Virus record (IMG/VR): IMGVR_UViG_3300030202_002990
Coordinates: 18,354-82,353 of that record
DNA length: 64,000 nucleotides
From: a virus
Strand: one strand, 5' to 3'
Positions 40,986 to 51,498 of this stretch are shown in pieces (position 1 is the first letter of the stretch; every line of letters begins with the position of its first letter). The translations under genes and the position numbers were made by a program. The notes beneath the pieces are model-generated. The model made no database searches. It saw only the letters and a program-made list of their open reading frames with translations, and had not been told where the DNA came from.

Positions 40986-41535
40986 TTTCTTTCTCCTTTA
41001 CACCCATAACATTCAATATGTGTTTTTTAAGTTGAGGTCGATTCTCTTTTTCTGAATGAACCCACAACCACGCGAATGTTTGTTTTATTTCACTAATTTT
41101 AGATTCTATATTGTTTATACTTTTTTCTAAAAATACAGAATCATTATCCTCAACATCAGTAATATCAATTTCAAGTTCCTCAGCTATCTGAGTAACTCTT
41201 GACCAATCTTTCTTTTCAACTGATTGTTGAGCTTCTTTATATAGTTCCACTAACCTATCACTATCATCATTGTTGATGTTCTTATCAGGATGGGTTTTTG
41301 TGGCTATCTTTTTAAATACTTTGTTTACTTTTTCTTTAGGAATATCAAATTCTATATCTTCATCTACTCTTGATACTTTTTTAGTTTGGTCGAAGTCTTC
41401 TAAATATTCAACAAAATCGTTTTGAAATTCAACAAGACTATTCCGAAATATCCATTGTGTTTCTTCGAGTTCTACTCTTAGATAATCTGATTTTAATTTA
41501 AGTTTTTTATTTTTTAATTCCTCTTGAAAGTCCAC
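40972..41535 (-). CDS. J-domain-like co-chaperone
   Basis: KVFKKIATKTHPDK motif. Confidence 0.65.
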   Translation of the reverse strand: MDFQEELKNKKLKLKSDYLRVELEETQWIFRNSLVEFQNDFVEYLEDFDQTKKVSRVDEDIEFDIPKEKVNKVFKKIATKTHPDKNINNDDSDRLVELYKEAQQSVEKKDWSRVTQIAEELEIDITDVEDNDSVFLEKSINNIESKISEIKQTFAWLWVHSEKENRPQLKKHILNVMGVKEKENGNK

Positions 41536-42071
41536 ATCATGCCTGTGCTATCGTATCCTTGTTTAACCAACAATATAAACTATCCCTTTCATCCTTTGTT
41601 AACTCATCAAAAAATTCAACTGGTAAAGTATATTCCTCAATCCGTTCATCATCTGTTTCGTGTAATACTTTAGGTTCAATTTCAATTTCTTTGAGTTTTT
41701 TAATCAAATTATCAAATAATTTATTTGGTTTGTTTGGCATTTAATTCTCCTCAGTATATAAATAGTTGAATTTTCTTTAAATGTCCGTAAATTCAGCATC
41801 GAGAATAGTTCTCACAAAGTAAAAATCATTACCATTTCTCAATACAGCATCGACATTCCAACATTGTTTCCAATATTCTGTACCCTTTTCATTAGTTGAT
41901 TCTACGGATTGTACACCAATGCACTCATATAGGGTATCATTAACTTTTATTAATTTGTTAAATCTACCCAATATAAGTTCTCCTATGGATTAATGAGGCC
42001 ACCCTTACGCTACACACTTTCCCGTTGCTTTGATTATATGTGAAAAGAACGGAAAAACACCTCCTCATTAA

Positions 42072-42545
42072 TTATGAGATTTTTACTGAAGTCCTCTTTG
42101 GAAGTTCAGGTTCGGTTTTAGGAATATCAATGGATAGTAAACCATCTTTAAAAGATGCTTTAATATTATCTCCATCCAATAGTTCACCCAATTCGAATGA
42201 ACGCTTAAATGATGAATGTTTTAATTCCCTACGAATAACCTTGGCTCCCTCATCATCAAACAAACCATGTTTGTCACCTGAGATAGTTAATACACCATCT
42301 TCGACTTCTACTGATAAGTCTTTTTTATCCAAACCAGGTATCTCTGCTACTACACCGATTTTATCATCGTATTCGTATACATTTACCTTTGGATATGCTG
42401 AACCTTGAAATGGTTTAACACCAACGGACTTGTTAATATCAGGAAAGTTACTTTCCACGATTTGGTCAAACATCCTATCAAATGGTGTTAAAAAAGAATC
42501 CCTATCGATTATAGGGAATGCACGATTTAAAACTACTTTAGTCAT
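42072..42545 (-). CDS. Small heat-shock protein Hsp20
   Basis: PKVNVYE...AEIPGLDKKDLSVEVEDGVLTISG...SFKRSF...IKASFKDGLLSIDIPK. Confidence 0.95.
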   Translation of the reverse strand: MTKVVLNRAFPIIDRDSFLTPFDRMFDQIVESNFPDINKSVGVKPFQGSAYPKVNVYEYDDKIGVVAEIPGLDKKDLSVEVEDGVLTISGDKHGLFDDEGAKVIRRELKHSSFKRSFELGELLDGDNIKASFKDGLLSIDIPKTEPELPKRTSVKIS

Positions 42546-42944
42546 TTTGTTTCTCCTTGTTTTGTTTACTTTGTAGTCAAACTTGTATCCTCATTTGAGC
42601 GATACAAATATCGAGATACTCTACCACAATTGTGCGTATTATATCTCAATAATAATATATATATAATTAAATCATAAAAAACATATTTTTTTTGCTAAAT
42701 TCTGTATTCTCGTAGTATCTTTTTTGGAATAAACCAAATACGGCCCATAGTGTCTTTAACCCTAACATGACCGTTAGGTTTACTCTCGTGTTCAGTTACT
42801 AACTCACCTTTATATAATATACCCTCTGCTGTTGGGTAATCTTTTATAACCGTATACTTCATTCATCCCACCTATAATACCTATACATTTGTGTTGTTGT
42901 AGAGGTTTTGTATGGAACAACTATTTCATATATCATACTTATCC

Positions 42945-43436
42945 TTACGAGTTTTCCTCGGCTGGTTTATCAACCAAATCTTCTTTCTTAGCTGCCTTTT
43001 CTGTTTCAATCTCTGATACAAACGCCTTCTTCTTACCACCATCATATTCATAAGCGTGTCCTTCGTTAATTAATATATCATTTATACTAACTAATCCATC
43101 AGAAGACTTATCAACATTCTCTGATACTTCATGTCCTACTGCATCTGGTGAAACAAATATCTCACCCAACACTCTACCGAATTTACCAGTTCCATGTGAA
43201 ACAATTTTAAAAGTTCCAGCCTCTAATAACTCTTTGTTACGAGCTTTAGCCGCCAAACCTTTTTCTTTTTCAGCTAAATCTCTTGTTCTACTTTCCCAAG
43301 TATCAATACCCATGTATCGAATTCTCTTTTTAATTTTTAAATCGAAACCCAAATCAATATAACAATCTATTGTATCTCCATCTAAAACTCTAACTAATGT
43401 GCCGTTATACTCAAACGACGCTGGTTTTTTTGCCAT
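42945..43436 (-). CDS. Thermonuclease (SNase-like)
   Basis: RVLDGDTID...IRYMGIDTWE...GKFGRVLG. Confidence 0.85.
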   Translation of the reverse strand: MAKKPASFEYNGTLVRVLDGDTIDCYIDLGFDLKIKKRIRYMGIDTWESRTRDLAEKEKGLAAKARNKELLEAGTFKIVSHGTGKFGRVLGEIFVSPDAVGHEVSENVDKSSDGLVSINDILINEGHAYEYDGGKKKAFVSEIETEKAAKKEDLVDKPAEENS

Positions 43437-43934
43437 TTTTTTCTCCTATACCGATAAGAGAAAAACTATTCAAATTAACCTACTCTTAAATTTCTTAATC
43501 CAAGTACCTTTGCAATAATCATAATATCATCATCCCAAAGTAATTTTTCCATCTTATCGAAAATCTTATCAATTGTACTACGAGTCACACCTAAGTCAAG
43601 TGTAACACCATTGTGATAATAATTATCTGCTGGTTGACCTTTTACGACATTTTGTACAACACTCTTCAGTACCTTATAATCTAAAAACGCTGGATAATCA
43701 CTTCGTATATAATGTTTTGATTTGTCTCCCATTACAACGAATTTATCAAACTCTGACCATCTTTCTTTTTTCACTTCTAACCTCTATTTGTTTTTTTATT
43801 TTTTTTAAAATATATCTCATGTAGGCAATCTAAACATAATTGTCCAACACCTTTGATATAACCTATTCTAAATTTTATATGTTCCCAAGTATCGTAGATA
43901 CTATCTACTCCACAAGTTACACATTTGTCTTTCA

Positions 43935-44450
43935 TTAAAAGAATTTATTTATATTCGGTTCAAGTATAGTCTTGTCTTTGAATATCATATCGAATATTTC
44001 ATCACCAAGTCCATCTGTTGAGTAGCTTGTAATTAAACCACTATCCACCAACTTATCCAATTGAGACCAATACTTATCTTTTAGTCCATTATATATTAAA
44101 TGTATTTCACAATTCGGAAATTTATTTCTAAAACATTGTGCCTTTAATGCTATATCGGTTGCATCTTTTGATGCACAACCAGTAGATTTACAATCAAAGA
44201 ATATCGGTACAACCTTATCATCTTGGAGAGTTTCAAAGACAAAATCCCAATGTACTGATTTATCTAAGTTTGAAAGTGGTATATCGTTTAGGTCGGAATA
44301 GTTAGCTGTATACTTAATTCCAACATCGGTGTTTCGATTTTTACCATCGATACTCCAACCACTTTTATCTTCTACATAAACTCTAAGGTAATCTTCATTT
44401 ACCTTACCTTGTGCACTTTCTTGTTTGAATGCGTGATTACCGTTCATCAT
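43935..44450 (-). CDS. PD-(D/E)xK-like nuclease
   Basis: E...WDFVF...FFDCK. Confidence 0.4.
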   Translation of the reverse strand: MMNGNHAFKQESAQGKVNEDYLRVYVEDKSGWSIDGKNRNTDVGIKYTANYSDLNDIPLSNLDKSVHWDFVFETLQDDKVVPIFFDCKSTGCASKDATDIALKAQCFRNKFPNCEIHLIYNGLKDKYWSQLDKLVDSGLITSYSTDGLGDEIFDMIFKDKTILEPNINKFF

Positions 44451-44837
44451 TAATATCCTTTACTAATATTTTTTCATCACTACCTACAGCTCTTTTGTAA
44501 ATAGTTTTACCACCATCAGAGGATTCATATATCCACTCGGTTCCATCTCCATCAGGTCTCGTATCACTTATCTGTTCCACTAACCTATCCTTCTCTTTGA
44601 GTATTACATCTAAACCAGGAAAAGAATGTCTTTCCATATCTTCTTCCCAACGACCTTCGTGGAACCCATCTGCAAAATGTTTTGTTTCATTATTATCAGT
44701 TGGAAATTTTCTGTAATGACCTCGTTTCTTTAACTCTGTTGATATCGTGGAAGATATTAATTCTCTTGCTCCATCTGATTCGAGGTTCATTTGAGAACCA
44801 CTCATACCATCCAATACTTCTTTTATTATTTCTTTCA

Positions 44838-45998
44838 TTAGATACTCCCTATTTGTATAGACCTTGTTTGTTTTTCACCACCTCGGTGTACCTTTCGTTT
44901 ATCTTGTGGTATCCATCCTATTCTGATAATCATTTCATCCCAAGGTAAACCTTTTGTATTACCATTTACATTCAAGTATGCATCATCCCATAAATCACAT
45001 TCTTGTTTAATAGCGTTATTGAATGATATTCTCTTATTCATCAGACCCTTTACATCATCTATTTTTGTATGGATGTAAGTAAGAACTTCTGTTGGGTATC
45101 CGTTCTGCCAATTTTTAAGAACTTGTCGTAAAAATCTTGCTATATAATCTTTATCGTGCTGTAACTCGGTTTGATAACATTGTCCTGTTTCATTAAAAAA
45201 ATATTTAGGTGGTTGTGCCCCTTTATTACCCCTAACTTTCCAGCCGTGTTTTGGTTTGTTTTCCCAAGTGTTCTCAATCCAATCTTCAAATAGAGTATAG
45301 GATGATGGTGAATAAAAACTACCAGGATAAGTTACTATTTTCTTATGTCCTTTTTTGGCTGCAAATTTACAAATCTTTTTTGCGAGTTTACCTACCCTAC
45401 TTGAATCCATAAAATATGGTTCCATCACTATCAATCTTTTTGTAACATCACTTTCACTATTTGAAATCCAAGTCTTATTTATTGCCTTTAAACAGGAATG
45501 TATTAAATCATCATCAGAATTATCTTTACTATACTTCCTTGAATTTAACCTACCTCTTAATTTTTCTTCCACATCTGCGTCTTGACATTTAACAATGTTG
45601 TTCATAAAGAAGTTTTTTGAATTTGAAAGTAATACCTCTCTACCAAATCCATCTAATTTTGCGGGTATTTGTTTCTCATCTCTTACAATACAAGTTGGTA
45701 GATGTTCATTAAAATCATAATCTTTGAATGATTTTTGTAATCTGAATCTCCGTTTATCTGTTGCATCTCCGACTCTAAATTGTTTATTGAACATATCTTT
45801 ATCATAATCATTAGAACACATTAATCTTGGTTCTAATATTTCAACCCCATCAATTGGTGGATTAAGATATAATTTATTTAATGGTGCCCCATTATCATAA
45901 TGAGATTTCCACCAACCTTTACTATATTCTTTATGTTTCATATCATTGTACCTATATTTACACTCTCGAAAAATTGAAGTGGGGAAGGGTAACCCCAC
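44838..45998 (-). CDS. Hypothetical protein (ParB-like LDGFGR motif); true start probably downstream of the hairpin at about 45977-46000
   Basis: Long ORF with 'LPT.....KLDGFGRE'. Confidence 0.45.
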   Translation of the reverse strand: MGLPFPTSIFRECKYRYNDMKHKEYSKGWWKSHYDNGAPLNKLYLNPPIDGVEILEPRLMCSNDYDKDMFNKQFRVGDATDKRRFRLQKSFKDYDFNEHLPTCIVRDEKQIPAKLDGFGREVLLSNSKNFFMNNIVKCQDADVEEKLRGRLNSRKYSKDNSDDDLIHSCLKAINKTWISNSESDVTKRLIVMEPYFMDSSRVGKLAKKICKFAAKKGHKKIVTYPGSFYSPSSYTLFEDWIENTWENKPKHGWKVRGNKGAQPPKYFFNETGQCYQTELQHDKDYIARFLRQVLKNWQNGYPTEVLTYIHTKIDDVKGLMNKRISFNNAIKQECDLWDDAYLNVNGNTKGLPWDEMIIRIGWIPQDKRKVHRGGEKQTRSIQIGSI

Positions 45999-46270
45999 TT
46001 CGCGAGAGAGGAACTAACTAATAACCCTTTTTAATCCTTTGTTTTTTCGCTTTAATTCTCTGATGTTTTCCAATCAGAGTTTCTACACGAGACAATACCT
46101 TTGTTGGATAGATACCTTTTTTCAAAGATGTAACGATTGAATCAATCATCGTTAACCTTACATCTTCATTGGCGTAACCATCAATCTCGGTTAACTTATC
46201 TATCATAGATACTTGCTGTTTAGACATTTTTTTCATTCTTATATTCTCCTATAATTAAAGGATATGTCAA

Positions 46271-47434
46271 TTAAGACATATCCCCATTAGCGTTTTCAAT
46301 TTCTTCTTCGTTGAATAGGTCACTTGAACTACCATCATTCACATACTTCTGAACCAATTGTTTTACATAGGTTCTCTCGGATTCAACACCACCATCATTT
46401 GAGTATTGTGGGTAAACACAAACCTCGGCGGCTTCATCAAGACCAAACCCATCGTAGAGTAATCCAGCGATTTCTACAGAAGTACGAGTGGAAATACCAC
46501 TTGTGATTCTACCACTTTCACTATTAGACTCGACACGAGTAGAGGAAGCGATTTCTGAAACAGACTTCAACATTTCTGAATCAACATGAGGAAACATATA
46601 ATCAAGTAAACCATGTTCTTCATCAGAGTTCAACACATCCATCTCAACAGTTATGAATCTATCCATAAGTGCTTTATCCATAACACGAGTAGAAGTATAC
46701 TCATTACCGATGTTAGCGGTCGCGACGAATGTAACACCTTCTGCGACAGGTACGGTTTCTTGAGTAGTTGACTCATCAAGTCTCAAGTATCTCTGTCCAC
46801 TATCCAAAACGGTCATCAGAATGTTCCAAGCGTCTGGATGAGCTCTTGATAATTCATCAAGAAGAATCACAGCGTTTGGAGTCTGAATCGCTTTCACGAA
46901 TAGTGCTTCTGAAAAGTAAGTACCTTTCTTTTTATCGAAATGAGTGTTACCAATCAAAGATGAACGCGGGTCTTGTGTCGCTCCTAAGTTAAAGTAGAAG
47001 TCAGGTCGGTCAAGTGAATTAACCAATGACTTAGCTGCCATTGTTTTACCACAACCGGCGGGACCCGTCATCAAAATATTCTTACCACGAACAGCGGAAC
47101 GAACCAAGTACTTCCACTTCAATTCTTTCATCACCAAACCTTTAGGTTTAAGACTATAAGAACTATGGATGAAGTTAAGAACTTCAGCGTGGTCTGAAGG
47201 AACATCAACAGATGAAACATCAGGAACAATCACTTGTTCAAATTCACTCATTGGAACCTTCCACCAGTAAACTCTATCGTTTTTACCACTTCTTTTCTCA
47301 AGTGCCATTCCAGCTTCATAAGCTGACTTCCTTGTTGAAGTGATAATTTCAGAGGTAAGTTTGTTACCATCCTTATCGAAGGCGTTGAACCTATTACCAC
47401 TCTTTTCTATTTTTACTACAATTTTATTATTCAT
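46271..47434 (-). CDS. MoxR/CbbQ-type AAA+ ATPase
   Basis: GPAGCGKT, ILLDELSR, ATANIG, MDKALMDRF. Confidence 0.9.
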   Translation of the reverse strand: MNNKIVVKIEKSGNRFNAFDKDGNKLTSEIITSTRKSAYEAGMALEKRSGKNDRVYWWKVPMSEFEQVIVPDVSSVDVPSDHAEVLNFIHSSYSLKPKGLVMKELKWKYLVRSAVRGKNILMTGPAGCGKTMAAKSLVNSLDRPDFYFNLGATQDPRSSLIGNTHFDKKKGTYFSEALFVKAIQTPNAVILLDELSRAHPDAWNILMTVLDSGQRYLRLDESTTQETVPVAEGVTFVATANIGNEYTSTRVMDKALMDRFITVEMDVLNSDEEHGLLDYMFPHVDSEMLKSVSEIASSTRVESNSESGRITSGISTRTSVEIAGLLYDGFGLDEAAEVCVYPQYSNDGGVESERTYVKQLVQKYVNDGSSSDLFNEEEIENANGDMS

Positions 47435-47492
47435 ATTTAAAACCCTTATTAGTTAGTTATTTTGTTAGTGATTCTCTCATCAATCATATAAG

Positions 47493-47522
47493 AATATACA
47501 CATAAAAACCTATATGAGTCAA
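47493..47522 (-). promoter_or_regulatory. Repeated early promoter (class A)
   Basis: TTGACT-18 nt-TATATT, near-identical to 50493..50522. Confidence 0.75.
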
Positions 47523-47669
47523 GTCTTTTTTTCATTTTTTTCAAGTTTTTTTTCTTCTCGTTTTACCATCAGGTGATTTATTAAACTCTTGATAGCTTCT
47601 TGTGTTTCACTATCCATGTTTTCAAATTTAAAATTTACCTTAGATGCTTTCTCTAACGCTTTCATTTTC

Positions 47670-48164
47670 TTATTCATTAACTAACACTCCATCTTTTATC
47701 TTTAAAAAACTATAACTCAATGTATGAGTAAAAAATAAATCACCAATTATTGTATTAACGAAAAATGGTAATGCTAATGTATAGCAACTTACCAATCCTG
47801 CTAATGTATTTGGATATCCTAAATACCAAACTCCAAAGTTTGTAAGTAAAAAGAATAATAACGAACTACCTAATATAGTTCCATTGGTAATCTTTTTAGA
47901 ATTAATACCAATATATGAAATCATCATAAATGACATATACACAAATGGCATTATAATATGAAATCCTAAAAACAAATCAGTTATAAACATACATAATAAT
48001 GGTAGGGCCATTGCCAAATTTTTATCTCTGATATTACATCCACCGAATAATGCTATTGCAGTTATCGGTGCTACATTTGGTGGATGTGGTAATAATCTTG
48101 TTATTACTGCCAATACCATCATTGACAATATAATTAAATTTCTTCTATTCATTAACTTCTCCAA
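47670..48164 (-). CDS. Solitary ECF S-component-like transporter (DUF6580/BtuM-like)
   Basis: RLLPHPPNVAPITAIALFGG...D..LGFH...SSLLFFLLTNFGVW...CYTLALPFFVNTIIGDL. Confidence 0.7.
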   Translation of the reverse strand: MEKLMNRRNLIILSMMVLAVITRLLPHPPNVAPITAIALFGGCNIRDKNLAMALPLLCMFITDLFLGFHIIMPFVYMSFMMISYIGINSKKITNGTILGSSLLFFLLTNFGVWYLGYPNTLAGLVSCYTLALPFFVNTIIGDLFFTHTLSYSFLKIKDGVLVNE

Positions 48165-48336
48165 AACCTTATTCTATAACTTGTTGTTGCGAATGCTTCC
48201 CAAGTACATTCTTTAAATTTACATATCCAATATTGTTCAAAATGTTTTCGAGTGGATGGAATCATTCTCCACCCACAAGGACACATTGGTGTATTTGATT
48301 TTCTATTGTGTAACCATTTTCTTATTTCAATAAACA

Positions 48337-50487
48337 TTACTTCTGTAAGAATTTTTTGTTCATAGTTTTTGAAACCGATAGAACAGAAGTTACATCAATA
48401 TACTCAGCGTCTTTACCATACATTCTGTTAAAGGCTTTTGAGTCATTTTCTCTACCCCAATTTGAATCACTTACGAAGTAAGACAATACTTTGATTCCAC
48501 GATTACGAATTTCTTTAACCATTTTCTTAGTGTGATTAAGTGCGACATCACCATGATAATCAACTTCGTTATTACCAAACATCGGCATCCCATCGGAAAA
48601 ATTTAGGAAGTAAGAATCTCTATCATTCGTAGTTGGTACAATTTCATTCATAATAGCTTCGTAACATAGACCTTCAGGAGTAGTTCCTGCGACATCAAGA
48701 TACTTGAACAAGTTTTTTACTTTGATAAAGGAATCTTTACGAGAATCATAGGCGATTAAGATAAGTGGTTTAGTTGTATCACCTCTACGAGTACGACCAT
48801 TACTACTTGTTTGAGTAGTACGAAAACTAACAACCACATCAACATTATTTACCATATCAATTGCTTTACATATAGCGACTACAGAAGTCATTGTGTTAAT
48901 CCACTTTGAACCACCCATTGAACCACTAGCGTCAACTGAGATATGAAGGAAAGCGTCTGAGTATTCTTCAATAAAACTATTAGAGAAAACCCTATCGTTA
49001 CCAAAACCTAACTCACTAATTAATCTCTTATCAATCTTTCCACTATCTAAACGAGTCCACTTTGTTTCACGAGACTCACCACGAACTTGTAACTTACGAC
49101 CTAAAACAGTACCAAGTCTAATACCTTTAGCGATGTAATCAGTATCATAACCACTTTCAACATTATCATCGTATCTATCACCTTTCCACTTTGATACCAT
49201 AGAAACAGTACCACTATCTACAAGTGATTTTGTAAACTCACGAACAACAATACACTTAGTACTTTGTTTCTTACCATCCCAAGTTGTAAGTCCATCACCA
49301 ACCTCAACATAACTCATACCACTTGACTCGATTGTTTGTAAGTCTTGTAGTTCTTTCTTGGTAACATTCTTCTTGGAAGTTTTACCACTCATGAACTCTT
49401 TTTGTTTCTTGATTGCGTTTTCAAGTTGTTTCTTCTGTGAATCAGAAAGTAAATTTTTATCTGTAGGAGTTTCAGTAACTTCTTCTTTAGGTTGAGATTT
49501 TGGTTGAGACTTGATTTCACCACTTTCAATTCCATCTAATAAGTCTTGGAAATCTTCATCAGAAATAGATTCATTAGAATCACCACTACCACCATTAGAA
49601 CTATCCATTCCACTACCACTATCTTGTGCTGGTTCATAAGACTCTTCACCATCTTCATTAATCTTAACTTCAGCGTCAGGTAGACTCTTAAAGATAGTAT
49701 GTAGTAATTCAGTAGCGACTTTAAAAGCGTCTTCGGTATCTTTAAGTCTTGAAATATTCTTAAGGTCAATAGTAGTCCAAATTTTACGAAGACCTTTAAG
49801 TGCTGAAAGATTAGTATTTTTGTTGGTGAGGTTAATGATACGAAACATATAAGAATCCATATTTTCATCAGTATACTCATCAGTACCAAGTGCTTTATCA
49901 ATTACTTTAGAATGAAAGTACTTGTCATACATTGAATGATAATAACCCTTGTAACCCGGCGAGGAAGTGAAGATATAGTTATCAATTCTTCTATCCTCTA
50001 CATAGTTAAGTAGGTTTTTTACATGACCTAATACATCTTGTCTTGAGTAACCTTTAGTTTCCCCAACATGGAATAACTCTTGTGGAGTATTATTTTCAAG
50101 GTCTTTCAAATAGTCAAAATCTGAAAGAACAATGTGTGAACCTTCATGAAGTGCTAATCCAACAGACGGGTCGAAAGACTTATCATCCATCTTAGCGGAG
50201 ATAACAACTTTTTTACCATCGGTGTAAGAATCACCACTTGATTTGAAAGTTACAGGAATATCTTTTTGAGTAACGATACGAACAAAGTTACCGATTGCTC
50301 TTCTGTAAGAACTAAGAGCGATTAAGTCTGTTTTTGGTTTGACATCCTCCTCATCAAAGATAGAAGTTTTCCTATCAAAATCAAATTCATTGTCCATCCA
50401 AAAAGACGAATAATTATTGGAGTTAGAAATTAAACTCCGTGAAGTATTGAAGTGTTTTAAGTTTTTCATATTTCCTCTGTTTCTCAT
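48337..50487 (-). CDS. vWA-domain protein with N-terminal HExxH metallopeptidase-like domain (MoxR partner)
   Basis: LALHEGSH...NYVEDRRI, MIDAS DASGSM, GTTPEG, FSDGMP. Confidence 0.85.
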   Translation of the reverse strand: MRNRGNMKNLKHFNTSRSLISNSNNYSSFWMDNEFDFDRKTSIFDEEDVKPKTDLIALSSYRRAIGNFVRIVTQKDIPVTFKSSGDSYTDGKKVVISAKMDDKSFDPSVGLALHEGSHIVLSDFDYLKDLENNTPQELFHVGETKGYSRQDVLGHVKNLLNYVEDRRIDNYIFTSSPGYKGYYHSMYDKYFHSKVIDKALGTDEYTDENMDSYMFRIINLTNKNTNLSALKGLRKIWTTIDLKNISRLKDTEDAFKVATELLHTIFKSLPDAEVKINEDGEESYEPAQDSGSGMDSSNGGSGDSNESISDEDFQDLLDGIESGEIKSQPKSQPKEEVTETPTDKNLLSDSQKKQLENAIKKQKEFMSGKTSKKNVTKKELQDLQTIESSGMSYVEVGDGLTTWDGKKQSTKCIVVREFTKSLVDSGTVSMVSKWKGDRYDDNVESGYDTDYIAKGIRLGTVLGRKLQVRGESRETKWTRLDSGKIDKRLISELGFGNDRVFSNSFIEEYSDAFLHISVDASGSMGGSKWINTMTSVVAICKAIDMVNNVDVVVSFRTTQTSSNGRTRRGDTTKPLILIAYDSRKDSFIKVKNLFKYLDVAGTTPEGLCYEAIMNEIVPTTNDRDSYFLNFSDGMPMFGNNEVDYHGDVALNHTKKMVKEIRNRGIKVLSYFVSDSNWGRENDSKAFNRMYGKDAEYIDVTSVLSVSKTMNKKFLQK

Positions 50488-50492
50488 ATAAG

Positions 50493-50522
50493 AATATACA
50501 CATAAAATACTATACGAGTCAA
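50493..50522 (-). promoter_or_regulatory. Repeated early promoter (class A)
   Basis: TTGACTCGTATAG...TGTGTATATT. Confidence 0.75.
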
Positions 50523-50610
50523 GGCTTATTTTAATTTTTATTGATTTATTTTTTATTTTTTTAATATATATTATTACTAATAAGTACCATTGGGGCAGAA
50601 ATAGTATATA

Positions 50611-50874
50611 CTAACGAAGTCGACCTTCGTGTATTGAATCATCTATAGTCTTAGTAACCTCAAATGTACTATTAGGAAACCTACCTACATTTAACTTACT
50701 GAATACTTTTAAGTTATCATTTACAAATACTTCAAATGCACCACCACTTGATTCTACTAAGTTAATTTCTAATACATCAAATGTACCTTCATAATGATTC
50801 TGTAATTCATCTCGTAAACTACGAGCTCTTGGTTCATAGTTTCATTGTGTACAATAATGAATATCTATTTTCAT
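50611..50874 (-). CDS. SelW/SelT/SelH (Rdx family) selenoprotein, UGA at codon 11 (not in ORF track)
   Basis: MKIDIHYCTQ-TGA-NYEPRARSL...ESSGGAFEVFVND...VFSKLNVGRFP, 87 aa. CxxU motif plus the Rdx GxFEV and FSK..GRFP motifs downstream of the UGA. ATG overlaps the upstream stop (ATGA). Confidence 0.88.
50816..50842 (-). promoter_or_regulatory. SECIS-like hairpin directly 3' of the Sec UGA
   Basis: AAACUAUGA-ACCAAGAGC-UCGUAGUUU, 9-bp stem with one U.G pair. Confidence 0.5.
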
Positions 50875-51498
50875 CTGTATTCTCCATACTTTGTATCTCT
50901 ACCATACCATTCAGAATATGTTACATCGAATGGTAATCTAAACATTAAATAATCCTTATTATCAATATTGAAAATAGTTCCTTGTTCATGTGGTTGTATC
51001 ATCTCGTGTGCCGCTCTTTCTTTCAATATCTCAATTGTTTCTTCTTTTTGTATTTCCAACATATGTCTAAAACTTTGAGGGTGTACTATTTCTATTTCCA
51101 TATGACAGAAATTATCACCAGATGGAACCAATCTATATGGTACAATCTCAGGTAATACTTTTACTATTTGACCATTGAGTGGCTGTAGTAAAACAAATAA
51201 TCCAATCAATATCCAAACTATAACTGACCACCATTTAGGTAGTATATTAAAATCTATTTTCTTTAACTTATCCATTAATTTAACTCGGGTGTTATTTCAT
51301 AATTATCTAAAACTCTAAAGGTTAGGATTGTCTTTTCATCTTCCCATACCTCGTAACTCTCTAACAAACAATTATCAGTTGTCATCTTTTGAATGACCTT
51401 TTCTTGTTGTTCTTCTTTGTGACATACAATATAAATTAGGTCTCCTGCGGTCTTTACCATAACTTGGTTATCCCATTTATTATATACTACATCATCTC

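Noticed and set aside
45977-46000. ORF start at 45998 (MGLPFP...)
   Set aside because: It lies within an AAGTGGGG/CCCCACTT hairpin that looks like a terminator. A downstream ATG is more plausible.
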